Made by a program: the position numbers and the translations under genes. A stretch of 64,000 bases of DNA, taken from assembly GCA_051294375.1 (NCBI GenBank), contig CM119265.1:17449172-17513171 (forward strand), given 5' to 3'. This stretch comes from Paraspadella gotoi. Taxonomy: Eukaryota > Animalia > Chaetognatha. Below are positions 25,791-48,961 of this stretch, in pieces (the first letter of the stretch is position 1; each line of letters starts with the position of its first letter). Under the pieces are notes generated by a model that was not told the origin of the DNA, made no database searches, and worked only from the letters and a program-made list of their open reading frames with translations.

Positions 25791-28700
25791 ATGGAGCAGT
25801 CATTAATAATTGAAGCTGGCGTAACCAAGAGAGTTCTCCATGCCGGTCGTGGAAATTTACCCCTTTTTCGTGAAGGATCTAAAATCTATTTTCATTTTCT
25901 TACTAAATTGCAAGATGAAGAAGGCACTGTGTTGGATAATAGGTTAGCCCGAATTTCTTTATTCATTTTATCATTGACTAATTTCTTTTTTGCATCAAGT
26001 AATCAACAAAAGAGGAATAGTATTGAAGGACAGAAATAATTGTTATGAGTTACCATGTTGGGAAAAAAATTGTCGCGGTTTGGAAAAGTCGGTTAATTTC
26101 ATTGTCAAATAATTTTTAGCCGTTAAATAGGTTTTAATATATAATATGACCTCCCTAAGACTGAATAAAAATATTATTTTTAAATAGCTTAAATTATTTA
26201 TTGCATATTATTACTTCCAAAAGAGGTTGTTTCTAACTGTTTTCACCTCTTTTTGATCCATAGGACTACTCATATTATTATTAATATTATATATCTGACA
26301 TAATACTTTTTATCAGATTCGGGGTAAAAAATGGTCTTCGGCAAGCAGTGAAAAGGATTGATCCCCTATAAAGTAAACCATGTTTGAGTTGTTGCTGCAT
26401 AAAGTGATGATGCATTGTTTTTCCTTACAACAAAATTTTTGATTTTTTTTTTTTTGGACTTTGATATTTGGTTCTGATAATACATCCAGATATTGAAGAG
26501 ACAGTAATTATTGATAAGTGTTAATGATAGAACCATTCAATATAAGCAGTCCCTGAGCTTCGGATCAGGCTGTAACACCATGTTACAGGCGGGTTAAGCG
26601 CCCCGTCCCTCTTAACTGCTAGGCGGCCATCAGGCTAGAACCCCGGACCTTTGGGTTGTGAGGCTAATGACTTGCCTCCAGCAACAAAGGCCACTGATGA
26701 ATGGTTGGTGGATTTTAGTCTACCATAATATAAATAAAAATAATAATTTTGCTACTTTTGATACATTACAATATAAAAAATATTCTGGAGCATTTACAGC
26801 ATCAATGTATTTTTAATATCATTTTTTATCGTCGCAATCGCTGAGCGTTTGCGACGATATTGTAACGCTTTTGTGCATCAGTGGCGTTCCAAATTATAGA
26901 TCGCCTTTTTTATGATTAAATTTGGGTGTATGAAGCTGAAAATTTATATACAGCTTCTCATCATCAATGTGCTTAAAATTTAGTCTGGACAGTTATTAAA
27001 TGTTTTATTTACGTTTTATCAAAACAAACAATTTTTTTCTTTTATTTTCATATTTCTTTCTCTCTCTCTTAATATAATTAAAAAGTAGATATGAAAAAGA
27101 TAAAAAAGAAGTTAGTATTTTTTTAAACAACTGATTTTTTTTGCATGGAACTCTTGTATTTTTTGTCGTACATAAATAAGATACAGCTCATATGAATCAC
27201 AAAAGGCCAAAGTTTTTTGATATCTAAATTTTATTTTTCGATTCTTACATTAAAATGCCAAAAAAACCTGGAAAGTAACCGCGACAATTTTTTTTTTCCA
27301 TCATGGTAGTGACCGAAAATATAAGCAGTCCCTGAGCTTCGGATCAGGCTGTAACACAGGCGGGTTAAGCGCCCTATCCCTGTTAACTGCGAGGCGGCCA
27401 CCGGTCCGGGCTAAAACCCTGGACCTTTGGGTTGGTCGGCGAATAACTTGCCTCCTGCACCAATGGCCGCTGATGAACGGTTGGTGGATTTTAGTCTACC
27501 ATAGTATCATTGTTTGATATTCATTTTTTAAGCAGTAAAACTATAATTATTTCGTTTTTGTTGTTTTTAGAATTATGACGGTTTTAAATATTTCTTATTA
27601 AAAATATTAAATCTAGAGAAAAACAAAGTTTTTGTTAGTTTTCAACGAATTTGTTTTTATTAAACAGACATGTTTCGGCTTTGGTATTCAAGCCTTCTTC
27701 ACTAAAAACACTGAAGAAGGCTTGAATACCAAAGCCGAAACATGTCTGTTTAATAAAAACAAATTCGTTGAAAACTAACAAAAACTTTGTTTTTCTCTAA
27801 ATCATTTACAACGAAAAGAAAGGATTATCATATAAAATATTAAATCATATTTTTCTGGAAGTGTCTGAAACATGCCTGCAGCATTGAATGCTTTATAAAA
27901 AAATTAATGTAAGATTTTCCTTGAGCAAATAAATAAGTAAAAGAATTAATATTTATATTTCAGCAAAGCATCAAAGAAACCTATGGAATTGGTTATTGGA
28001 AAGAAATTCAAACTTGAAATTTGGGAAAAATGCTTGAGGTCGATGCGTGTCGACGAAGTTGCGGAATTCAAAACTACACTCAAGCATTGTTCAACATATC
28101 CAGCAGTTGCAAAAACCTTGAGGGAATATTTGAGTGGAAATCATAAGCATCAACATCAAAGCTCATGTTGTGCAGGTAGATATATATATTATATAAGTTG
28201 CTGTTGTTACGCTAAGTATTCTATTAAATTTGTATCCTATTTCCTACAATATTATGGTGCTTGAAATTACAACGATATTTTCATTTCATATGAAAATTAA
28301 AGAAAAAGAAACTAAATAAACTGTCTGACTTGGGAATTCACGCTTGAGAAATGTCGATACCCGTTTTTAAAACTAAATCCAATAAAGAGTGCTCCATTTT
28401 CTCCATCCTGAAAGTAAAAGGGTTTAATAAGATGTTAGGAAGTGTATTATATACAGAAGGCTTCATATTATAAAATGATATCAAGTTATTTTCTGAACAC
28501 AAACGGTTCCCACGGGAATTTTATAAAATTTTACATATGTACTATATATACACTGCGGCGCAAAAAAAATTAGCTACTTTTTAACATAGAAAAAACCGTA
28601 TTGGATGGCTTAATTTTAAAAACATAAAAATTTAAAACAAAGCTTATTAAAAGATAAAGCAATTGGTCCAAGTCTTAATAAAATCGAGCAAAGCGTTCAA

Positions 28701-31700
28701 AAGTTATAAGATGTCAAAATTTGTTTAAAAAATTATTAATAAAATGTTTATAATATAAAATTAGCTTAATAAACTTAGCATAAAATATTTGTAAGGATAG
28801 GTATCAACCATTTTTTGATTTAAATCAGATTAAAATAAGTAAGAAAACTATATAGAAAAACAATCTTTTATCATCAATCAGAAAAAAATTATCATCAACT
28901 TTACTTCCAAAAATTATTTTTTCTTAATTCCATTTTCAGACTCTGATTTTAAAGTATTGCTGTATTCTACTATCTGAACCAATTAATTTTTTTTTAACAA
29001 ATTGATAGCTTTTTTTAAAAGTTATATTTTTCTTAAATATTTATTTTAAAATTAAAAAAGAAATAGTAGGGTATTTAAAGCTAACAAGTGGCTACTTTTT
29101 TTTGCGCCGGTGTATATATATAAATAGAACTTATTCCCATAGCAATCGTGCATACCAAATTTTAACTAATTTGGTCCAGTGACTATTCGGAACCATGTCT
29201 AGTCATAAAAAAGCCCGATATCATTTTATAATGTGCAGTAGTTTAATCTACTCACCTCAGATCCATGCCGTCGATTCGGTTCATAATATTGACGTTCATG
29301 ATTTCGAAGTTTTTTTCCATTTCTTCCAGTATCGTTAAAACCTGTTGTTGGGTTTAGTTTTATAGTGAAAATTGTATGGAAATTACTTAAAAGCACAATT
29401 TTAATTATTTATGAACCTAAAAAGTTTAATTTGTATTACATTGAAGTACGTATTAATATATAATTTTTGACTTATTAATGTCAGAAGTACATACAAGTAA
29501 AAAATTGATCTTTAAAACAAAGATATTCATTCTATGATATCATTTTAAAAAAAAAAATTAATTTCGATAAAAAAATAGAATTAAAATATTAAATTGGTAC
29601 AACCAATATAATATTATGTATAATAATTAATATGTATATTACTAACAATTTTTGGAATAGTATTTTAAAAATTGTTTCACCCCTAAAGATCTTGCTTGTA
29701 TTTCGATGAACATACGTTAAACGCAACGAAAGCGTTCGTAAATCCGACCGTCCCGTGATGAATTTCTTTAATCAATGTATTTGGAACCGAAGCAGCGTCC
29801 TCTTCCAACTAAATTTGTAAATAAGTTAATTGATAAGATCTAGCGGTAAAATTTTCAATTGAATAAATATTTTTTACTTACATGCATGTTGGTCTCAGCC
29901 ATTTTTAGTGAGTTATTCGTCAGCGATACCTAATAAAATGTCTTTAGATTTAATTTGGATCTGGGTTAGCGTGTTTATCGCTCGTGAAAATGAATCCAAT
30001 CACTTGGTGTTTTGGGAGCAGTTATTTTAAATTCACGATTTTACCCTTTCTTTTTTTCTTTCTCTCTCTCTCTCTCGTTCTCTCTTTTTCTCTCTCCTCT
30101 CTCTCTCTCGTTTCTCTCTTTTTCTCTCTCTCTCTCTCTCTTTCTTCTCTCTCTCTCTTCTTCTCTCTCTCTTTTTCTCTCTCTCTTTTTCTCTCTCTTT
30201 TTTTCTCTCTCTCTTTTTTTCTCTCTTTTTCTCTTTCTCTCTCTCTTTTCTCTTTTCTTCTCTCTTCTTTCTCTTCTCTCTCTCTCTTTTCTCTTACTCT
30301 CTTTTTTTTTTCTCTCTCTCTCTCTCTTTTTCTCTCTTTTTTTTTTCTCTCTCTCTCTTTTTCTCTCTTTTTTTTTCTCTCTCTCTCTCTTTTTCTCTTT
30401 TTTTTTCTCTCTCTTTTCTATTTTTCTCTCTCTCTTTTTATCTCTCTCTCTCTGATTTTTCTCTTCTCTTCATTTTCTCTCTTTTTCTATCTTTTTATCT
30501 TTCCCACATATATTCATTCAATTTCTTTAATTAAATTATATTGATTAAATTCGTTCAATTTAATTAATTCAATTCATACTGTTAGTTTTTTATTTAATGC
30601 AATTTATTTATCTCAATTCTTTCATTTATTTTAATTATATGAATTTATATTTAATTCATTCATTCAATTCATTTCATTCATTCGATAAATTTCATTCATT
30701 CAAATAATTTTATTCATCTCATTTCATTCATTCATTTTATTCATTTCATTTTGTTTTAATGATTCATTGCAATTTTTAATCCTTTTCCATCAATGATTCC
30801 CTATCATCACATCAATCATTTGGTATCATCACATCAATCATTTGTTATCATCGTATCAATAAATGGTGATCATTGCATCAATAAATAGTGATCATTGTAT
30901 CAATAATTGGTGATCATTGCATCATAGTTGGTGATAATTGCATCAATAATTGGTGATAATTGCATCAATAATTGGTGATAATTGCATACAAAATTGGTGA
31001 TAATTGCATAAATAATTGGTGATAATTGCATAAAAAATTGGTGATAATTGCATAAATAATTGGTGAGAATTACATTAATAATTGGTGATAATTGCATCAA
31101 TAATTGGTGATAATTGCATCAATAATTGGTGATAATTGCATCAATAAATGGTGATAATTGCATCAATAAATGGTGATCATTGCATCAATAATTGATTAAC
31201 GTCACATCAATAATTGGTTAACATCATATTATTGCATCAATAATCAATTACTATCACAATAATTTATCGCTTTAATCATTCATTTTTTTTTTTCCGGATT
31301 TTTTAATATTCTTTGATAGTAACGTCTGGCGAGATCACTATACTTTTAAGATTTTTTAAAAACAGTTTCAGCTCCCCATTTTGCCCCGACCTAATCCCCA
31401 TATATGGGGTAAGATGGGGCGCTTGACCAGTTTTTATATTAAAATTCGGTACTTTAGTACGGTTCACAAGTAATTAATGAGACACATAAAATAATTATAT
31501 AAGGAAGGAACTTCTGATCCAATCAAGAATGAGATTGAGTTCATCAATCTCATTTGCATATTATCGTATTGACATTGACTTGTCATAAATTCTGTTCCTG
31601 TGTCATTTAGCTCTCTTACAATTACACAAGACATAGGTCTATACTTACAAGTAATAAAAAGATAAAATGGTAATGGTTTTTTTAAAGAAAAATGGAAAAA

Positions 31701-32919
31701 TAGCCTCACATCACTATCTTGCCCCGTCTTCCCTAAATTAGATTTACCGTGCATCCGATTATTATTGAGTATGTCAAGGGTCCATATTATTTTGGAGATT
31801 TTTTTCAAGGAGCGATGATGCAAAATGCAGAGGGGCTCGGCTATGATGATCTAAATGCATTAATGAAGAAACCCCAACCTTTGACGTTCGTACTTGAACT
31901 TTTGTCGATATCGCAGGTAACTCAAAATCTGATAAAATGCTTTTTTAAAAACAGTTTAACTTAGGTGAATTAATTTTTTTTGTAAAACATGCAAATATGC
32001 AAAATATATCCAAGATAAGTTTGCCAACAAGAAAATAGAAAGATGATGCTGTCAGTAGTACTTACTTGCTTAGGTGGAGCCATGACGATTACATTTTCCT
32101 AACCCTTTTTTATGACATCTGAGGAAACTTTTATGATAAAGAAATAATTTTACAAAAATATTGAGTTAAAATATGTATCCTTTTTTATGATTTCCCCTCG
32201 GATGACACCAAATTGATTTTATCAATACATAATCTGTTATTTTCAATTAGCCCGAAGATTATGAAAAGGAACTGTGGCAACTCAATGAAGGAGAAGAAGA
32301 AGGAACAGTTTTAAAGCTAAAAGAGCAAGGAAACCTATTATTTAAAAATAAAAATGTAAAAGAAGCCTCACGAAAATATGGAGAAGCTTTGACTATTTTG
32401 GAAAATTGTGCTTTACGCGAAAAAGTAAGGCTCCTTTCAATTTTTTTAAAATAAACTATTAAAAAAACGAATAAATTACATTCATTTAGCCGCAATCAAT
32501 CGAATGGGAAGAAATAGAAAGCAAAAAAATTCCATTATTGCTAAATTTCTGTCAATGCCATTTGCTCCTGGAAAATTATCGTCTCGTAATTGAACACGCT
32601 ACTACAGTTATAGAGAAGGAAAAAGATAATGTTAAAGCTCTCTATCGGTTAGTATGTTGATTTTTAACTTTTACGTTTTTGTATAGCAAAATGAGAAATA
32701 CATCAAAAGGATAAATTAAAACAATTTTATATGTTTAGGCGCGGGAAAGCTTTCGGACATGTATGGGAAATTGATCGAGCAAGAGAGGATTTGACTCGGG
32801 TCGGAATGTTAGACCCAACTCTTCGTCAGCTCATTCAGAAGGACTTGGAGCTATTTGAAAAGCTGCATAAACAAAAAGACAGAGAACAACAAAAACTACT
32901 TGCTGGAAAAATGTTTTGA
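25791..32919 (+). CDS. AIP: AH receptor-interacting protein (FKBP-like plus TPR), 6 exons
   Basis: KRVLHAGRG.LP.F..GSK.YFHF, PMELVIGKKFKLEIWE, GLGYDDL..L...PQPL.F.LELL, LKEQGN, PLLLNFCQC, VKALYRRGKA..VW. Confidence 0.94.
26051..27308. mobile_element. Non-autonomous TIR element in AIP intron 1, containing a tRNA-derived repeat
   Basis: TACCATGTTGGGAAAAAAATTGTCGCGGTT at the left and AACCGCGACAATTT..TCCATCATGGTA at the right are inverted. Confidence 0.7.
26494..26727 (-). mobile_element. tRNA-derived SINE-like repeat, copy 1
   Basis: Near-identical reverse complement of 37483-37718. Confidence 0.8.
27318..27504 (-). mobile_element. tRNA-derived SINE-like repeat, copy 2 (3'-truncated, internal hairpin partly deleted)
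   Basis: Aligns by eye to copies 1 and 3; CTGTAACACCATGTTACAG is collapsed to CTGTAACACAG. Confidence 0.8.
27614..27833 (+). mobile_element. Penelope-like element pLTR remnant with inverted duplication and 13-bp TSD
   Basis: 88-bp inverted arms (27614-27701 / 27712-27799); AAAATATTAAATC direct repeat at 27601-27613 and 27834-27846; hammerhead followed by AATAAA. Confidence 0.8.
27706..27751 (+). ncRNA. Minimal type I hammerhead ribozyme
   Basis: AAACA-CTGAAGA-A-GGCT(TGAATACCAA)AGCC-GAAA-CATG-TC^-TGTTT: intact core, helix I AAACA/TGTTT, palindromic CATG in helix III. Confidence 0.88.
28338..29902 (-). CDS. HSBP1: Heat shock factor-binding protein 1-like, 4 exons, nested antisense in AIP intron 2
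   Basis: Exons 29902-29882, 29808-29716, 29341-29256 and 28407-28338, all GT-AG and in frame, give 89 aa: MAETNMH...VLTILEEMEKNFEIMNVNIMNRIDGMDLRMEKMEHSLLDLVLKTG. This matches HSBP1 [41 protein letters not shown]. Confidence 0.85.
28464..29235. mobile_element. Outer inverted-repeat element interrupted by a MITE
   Basis: CATATTATAAAATGATATC at the left is inverted relative to GATATCATTTTATAATGTG at the right. Confidence 0.55.
28551..29112. mobile_element. Tc1/mariner-type MITE inserted into a TA run
   Basis: TA|CACTGCGGCGCAAAAAAAATTAGCTACTT ... AAGTGGCTACTTTTTTTTGCGCCGGTG|TA. Confidence 0.78.
30045..30505. repeat. Degenerate CT/T polypyrimidine low-complexity tract
   Basis: Almost purine-free + strand. 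Confidence 0.95.
30850..31200. repeat. ~22-bp minisatellite (AATAATTGGTGATAATTGCATC)n
   Basis: Directly visible tandem array with diverging flanks. Confidence 0.92.
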
Positions 32920-35241
32920 TTTCGTTATATTTATAAATAATGTTATAGGGATGTTGATTTTGTAAACAAATATGTATATCTATAATATTTTGTTTAACAA
33001 ATAAAAGAAGTGTTTAATCTTTAATTAACCATTGACTATGCATCGAAATTCAAACTCGTCTGAAGTGAGATAAATTAGTAATTAAATTGATTTTCCAGAT
33101 CGCTAGAAATTCTTTTGGATATGAAGAGGAAAACGATCTTGATTTTTGAACTTGATGATTAAAACAAATACTCAATTTATTAAATTATTATAATTAATAT
33201 TCGAAATCAAGCGATCAACATTTTGATTATTTTTTTTCCATTTCAATTTAAATTGCAAGAAAAAAAGCAGTTCCTAGCTTATTACACAGTTTAAAACAAT
33301 GACAATCACATCAATCAGACAATACAATCAACATTCTGCTATTCATTTTCGCTATTCATTCATTCACTTTTAGTTCTTGTTACGTAACTGTTGCCTCCTT
33401 TGACATTCTTAATAGTAGTATAATATTAATCTTATTTTAAAATTTGTAGTGGATTTCAAAGTGTTTCTTTTTTCTTCATGTACGTGCTGCAATATGTTAT
33501 TTGCACTGATTTGCAGCTGTCGCTCTCTCCCTAGGTTGAAGCTGTATTCAAGGCGTTCTTTGTTAGAAGTCTGAAATGACAACTGATGTAATTTTGATGG
33601 TAAATTTTTAGTTGCTTATGATTGAATATATACCTATTCACATGATTGTCCAGGGTTGACGTTCTTTTATATATTATCTTTGTTCTTGTATGAAGCTCAG
33701 CTACTTTCAATAATCGTGTAATAAGCAGCTACTTTTCTTTTGCTTCCTTCAGCTAATTTTTTTGATTTTTTTTTCCCCCTTTTTATTTTACTGCTGCTCC
33801 GCTTCTGGACCAGCTGATAGAATTCTGGGCGTTAATTGGTTGAATGTTTTCTGCTTCTCTGAAGCAAAAGGAAAAAATCAGCTGATTTCTATCATAACAA
33901 TACCCGCAGCTGTTGGATTCTTTAGGTGGCATGAGTGTTTTTGGTCTAATGTTTCTCTTTTGTTGGAAAAAATTATAATGTTCGGCCATCTCGCTATTAA
34001 GGCAGCTACTAGATAATAGATGTTAAACAGGACCGAAGGTCCAATAAGGCAGTTCTACCGTCTTGTGGACAGCCAATCGCAAATACGATTCCTTATATCG
34101 TTTTGTAGTATAATTCTGCAAAATAAATTTGCTGAAATGAAAAAAAAATGTTATACGTATGTATAATAGTATATATTACTTATCTAACATTTCTTAGTTT
34201 GTTTTGTTATTACATTTCGGATGGGATTGGGCTCAAGACATTTATGATTTGGTTTTTAATCCAGATGAGTTCTGATTGGGTTAGGAGAGGTTTCGATTTT
34301 GAGTTTCGGTATTTGCTCGGTTAAAAATTGGAATTAACAGTATATATGGATTGTTTATAAAAACTAAGCTTTAAGAACGCCTGTAATTCTTATGAACGAT
34401 TTTTTATGTCCCGTTAAAAATATTTGTACGTACTTTTTTTATACTAGTATATGAAAAAAATGGTTACACTGTATTGGTTTTTTTTAGAAAAAACGAAGGT
34501 GACCTTGACTTGAAAACAATTTTACTTTTAAAGATGAGTAAAACAAGTGTTACTTGTATTATAGCGCGCTTGTGTTAATTTGGTTTTCCTCGACGATTCA
34601 CCCTAGCTTCATTGGTTTTATTTATGTCGTTTGACCGATAAAGACAAAATTAAAAAAATGTTTTCATTTATAGATCGCTGTCAAAAGCACATATGTAGTT
34701 TTTATTTTCACTCGTAAGCATTAGCAATTATTTTTTAATATATGATAATTCGTCTTGGCAACACAGGAACATATTTTCTTTGCTGGAGAGAAAAAACTAT
34801 CTTTCAGCTTCGATCTGGAAGCACGCTTTAAGTTACTGTTTTTATGTACTATTTTTCTTGAAATATTTGTGAAAAAAGTTTATTATCGTCCACTTAGTTA
34901 TTACGTATTTAGTTTTTCCATTTATCTATTTCTCTATTTTTTATGCTGAGGTTTTTAATTAAATACTTGGAGATTTGTTGAATTTTTTCTATTATTTAAT
35001 AAGTATTCGCATTTTAAATAATTACTAAGAGCCCGTTCATTGATATATATGACACATAGCGATCAGACGATATTAAATTAAACGGACTACCTTTTCCGGC
35101 CGGATGCAAGATTATTGAACAATTTTATAAAAACTTCGTTTACGGATTTCAAACTAAATCTATCCTTTTCATTTAATAATACCGTATATGCGCCGACATT
35201 CTCGTTTCTGAAAGAAACAGAGCGATCTTGCCTGGCTGGCT

Positions 35242-35357
<116 letters not shown>

Positions 35358-35793
35358 CTTTCAACCTCGTCACTCTTCCCCTTGCCTTCTCATTTCTCGA
35401 TTCTCTCTTCCTCGTTTCCCCTCCTCCGCCTTCTCCGCCCGATTATTCGAGCCTTGGAGCATACAAGCCTTTCGGTCCCCTCGCTCTATTTTAACTTTTT
35501 TTCTCTGAATTTTTATACCTCGACTGAAATTCGATTTTTTTTAAATTTTCGATTCGACCATTAGCTGTTTTATCTGTTTATATGCTGTGGAATCATAAGT
35601 TATCTTTGAGTAATATGAATTATATATATTGTTATATATATACACTACCGAGAATCTTTAACAAATATTGTAACCCAACAATGAAGGATAAGAAATAGGT
35701 TAGATTATCACGTTGTTTTTTTTTTTTTGCTTTTATGCAATTATTTATACTTTATTTTTATGAAAAATTGTATAAACAAGTTTGAGCAAACAA

Positions 35794-36148
35794 TGCCGGA
35801 TCTGCCCACGATCATTAGCGGTAAGCAGCTGATCAGATTATTATTTTTTTTTATTCGTGTCAAAATCACTACTTGGACGATTCCATCAAAACTTGATTTC
35901 CAGCTCAATCACACACTTTCTTACCCACACACAAACTTTCATTCCAATCCATCCATCAAATCACGAGTAACTGCTGTTTTTTGCTAAGGTGGGACGGACG
36001 GACATCATTTTTTTGGGCATAATTTATTATAATTCGATGTTCTGAAATGATATAAGTGAATGCCCGACAAGATTTGGGGGGGCGGACCGACGGACCGACT
36101 AAGTGAATTATAGAGCCGGAATCTGCTGTAAGCAGATCCGGCTAAAAA
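35794..36148 (+). mobile_element. Helentron/DINE-1-like non-autonomous element
   Basis: 5' GCCGGATCTGC sub-terminal repeat, internal GGAC/GACC microsatellite, 3' hairpin AGCCGGAATCTGCT..AGCAGATCCGGCT plus A-run. Similar 3' ends at 1-44 and ~9620-9686. Confidence 0.6.
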
Positions 36149-36754
36149 CAATTTTATAAAATTTGTGTGCGTTTAGTCAATAAAAGACCATTTAATTTCA
36201 AAGAAAAGTCGCTATTCTTCAGTTATTTTCCTTTCAATACAATATTAGAATTTTGGGTTTGATTTTAAAAATAAAATGTTTTAGATGAACCGATAACCTT
36301 GCAGTCATATCGAAATAAATGTTAAAAATTTAAGTCACCCCAATGCGATTTTTTGTGCCCAGGATCATTTACGTTGCAAGGGCGTAGGTTGATGAGTTGA
36401 AATATTAAAGAATGTTAAAAGGTTAAGAAAAAACTACCCCAAGTGTTGAATCTTTCCCCTATTATTTATTCATAATTATATCACGTTTAATGTTTGTGTA
36501 TTTCATATTGAATTTATGAAACTTTCAATGTGTACCTTTATATGAAATATAAAATTTTTTAAGTATATATCATATCTTTCGTCGCGGTAAAGAAGAAAAC
36601 CAAAAATTAGACAAAAAATGGTTTCGTCTATAGTTGATCATACTTCTGAAATTTGGTAAAATTTTTTTATTTCAGAACAAGACGCGCTCAAGATGTTGAT
36701 TGAGGTCTTTAACTGGGTTATTTTGGAAAATTTTCAGTTATTGTCACTGAAATA

Positions 36755-47816
<11,062 letters not shown>

Positions 47817-48961
47817 CAACTATCCTCTGCTCTCCTCCTCTCCTCCTCTCCCCTATTACTTTGATATTGAAGAATCAAACCGAGGGCGTTTCGTTGGATG
47901 ACGAACGCGTGCGCGTCGGCGCGACCACGTAAAAGTTGTTGCACCGTAGCACCTGCTGCTTAGTTGTACACGCATGGCATTACAGAAGACGCGCCGTCAA
48001 TACTTTTTTTTTCGCGCTACGTTTTTGAGCTTCTTTGGGAAAGTTTTCGTGTTTCTGTATAGTTTGGAGTTAGTTTGGTGTCGAAATTTTTTTTTTCCTC
48101 TCTTTCTCCTATAGAATCGTCATTAATGAAACTGTGCCACACTTATATTTCTAAGGATATGGGTATTTTAATTCATTATCTTACAAGAAACGCCTTGTCA
48201 TGAAAAAAGGTTTAGAAAGGGTACCGGTTTATTAATTCAAAGTTTCTTCGGTGAGAAAAGTTTAACGACCATGATGTTTTATTTCGATCGATCTAACTTA
48301 TTCGACTTCATTGGGTAGGAAAATGTGATCGTAACTTCTCGAACTTTGTAGTCAACTTGTCAGATGTAGTCGAAAGTTATACAGACGTAGGTCACATTTT
48401 GTTACTTTTCGTCAATTTGTCAATCATTAATATGATTTAAATAGATCATGAGTGATAAATTTTCACTCCTATATATCATTACTTTATTTTTTTCACGAGA
48501 AAGCCGTTTAAAGCATAGATAAAGCAAAGTCGATTGACACAACGCTAGATTTAACAATAATTCGTCATACCATAATCCCTGATTTTGGTCTCTTCTCTTT
48601 CTCTTCTCTTCTCTTCCTCTTTCTCTCTTTTTGTTCTAACGTTTAACCTACTCATTTGGCCCCAATGGATCGGAATATTGGTCATTAATAAAAAAATATT
48701 GTACCTGTACTCCCATGTGTAATCTTTAACTAATTCTTAATCTGGTCACAAGCGATGACTCTCAAAGAATATCGTCATACCAAGTCGAAGTAAGTTATCG
48801 CTTTCTTCAGTTTGCCTAATGGATAAGAGCCTGATTAAATCAAATTGATTGTTTTGAACCTTGAATCAGTTACGTTTGGAGAATTACTAAGGGGTGGTGA
48901 GAGATAAAATATTGAAATTTTTGTTTTGTTCATAAATGTGCGTTCCGCATTTTTCGTCATC

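Noticed and set aside
27469-27504. CTGATGA in the antisense strand of the tRNA-derived repeat as a hammerhead core (also considered HDV-like and twister folds)
   Set aside because: No GAAA/UH after a helix II, and helix order does not fit HDV or twister topology.
29984-30544. Long Leu/Ser/Phe ORFs (also at 35115-35564 and 45472-45825)
   Set aside because: Artefacts of CT microsatellite and low-complexity sequence.
30850-31200. CRISPR-like array
   Set aside because: Contiguous tandem units with no unique spacers, in a eukaryotic intron with no cas genes.
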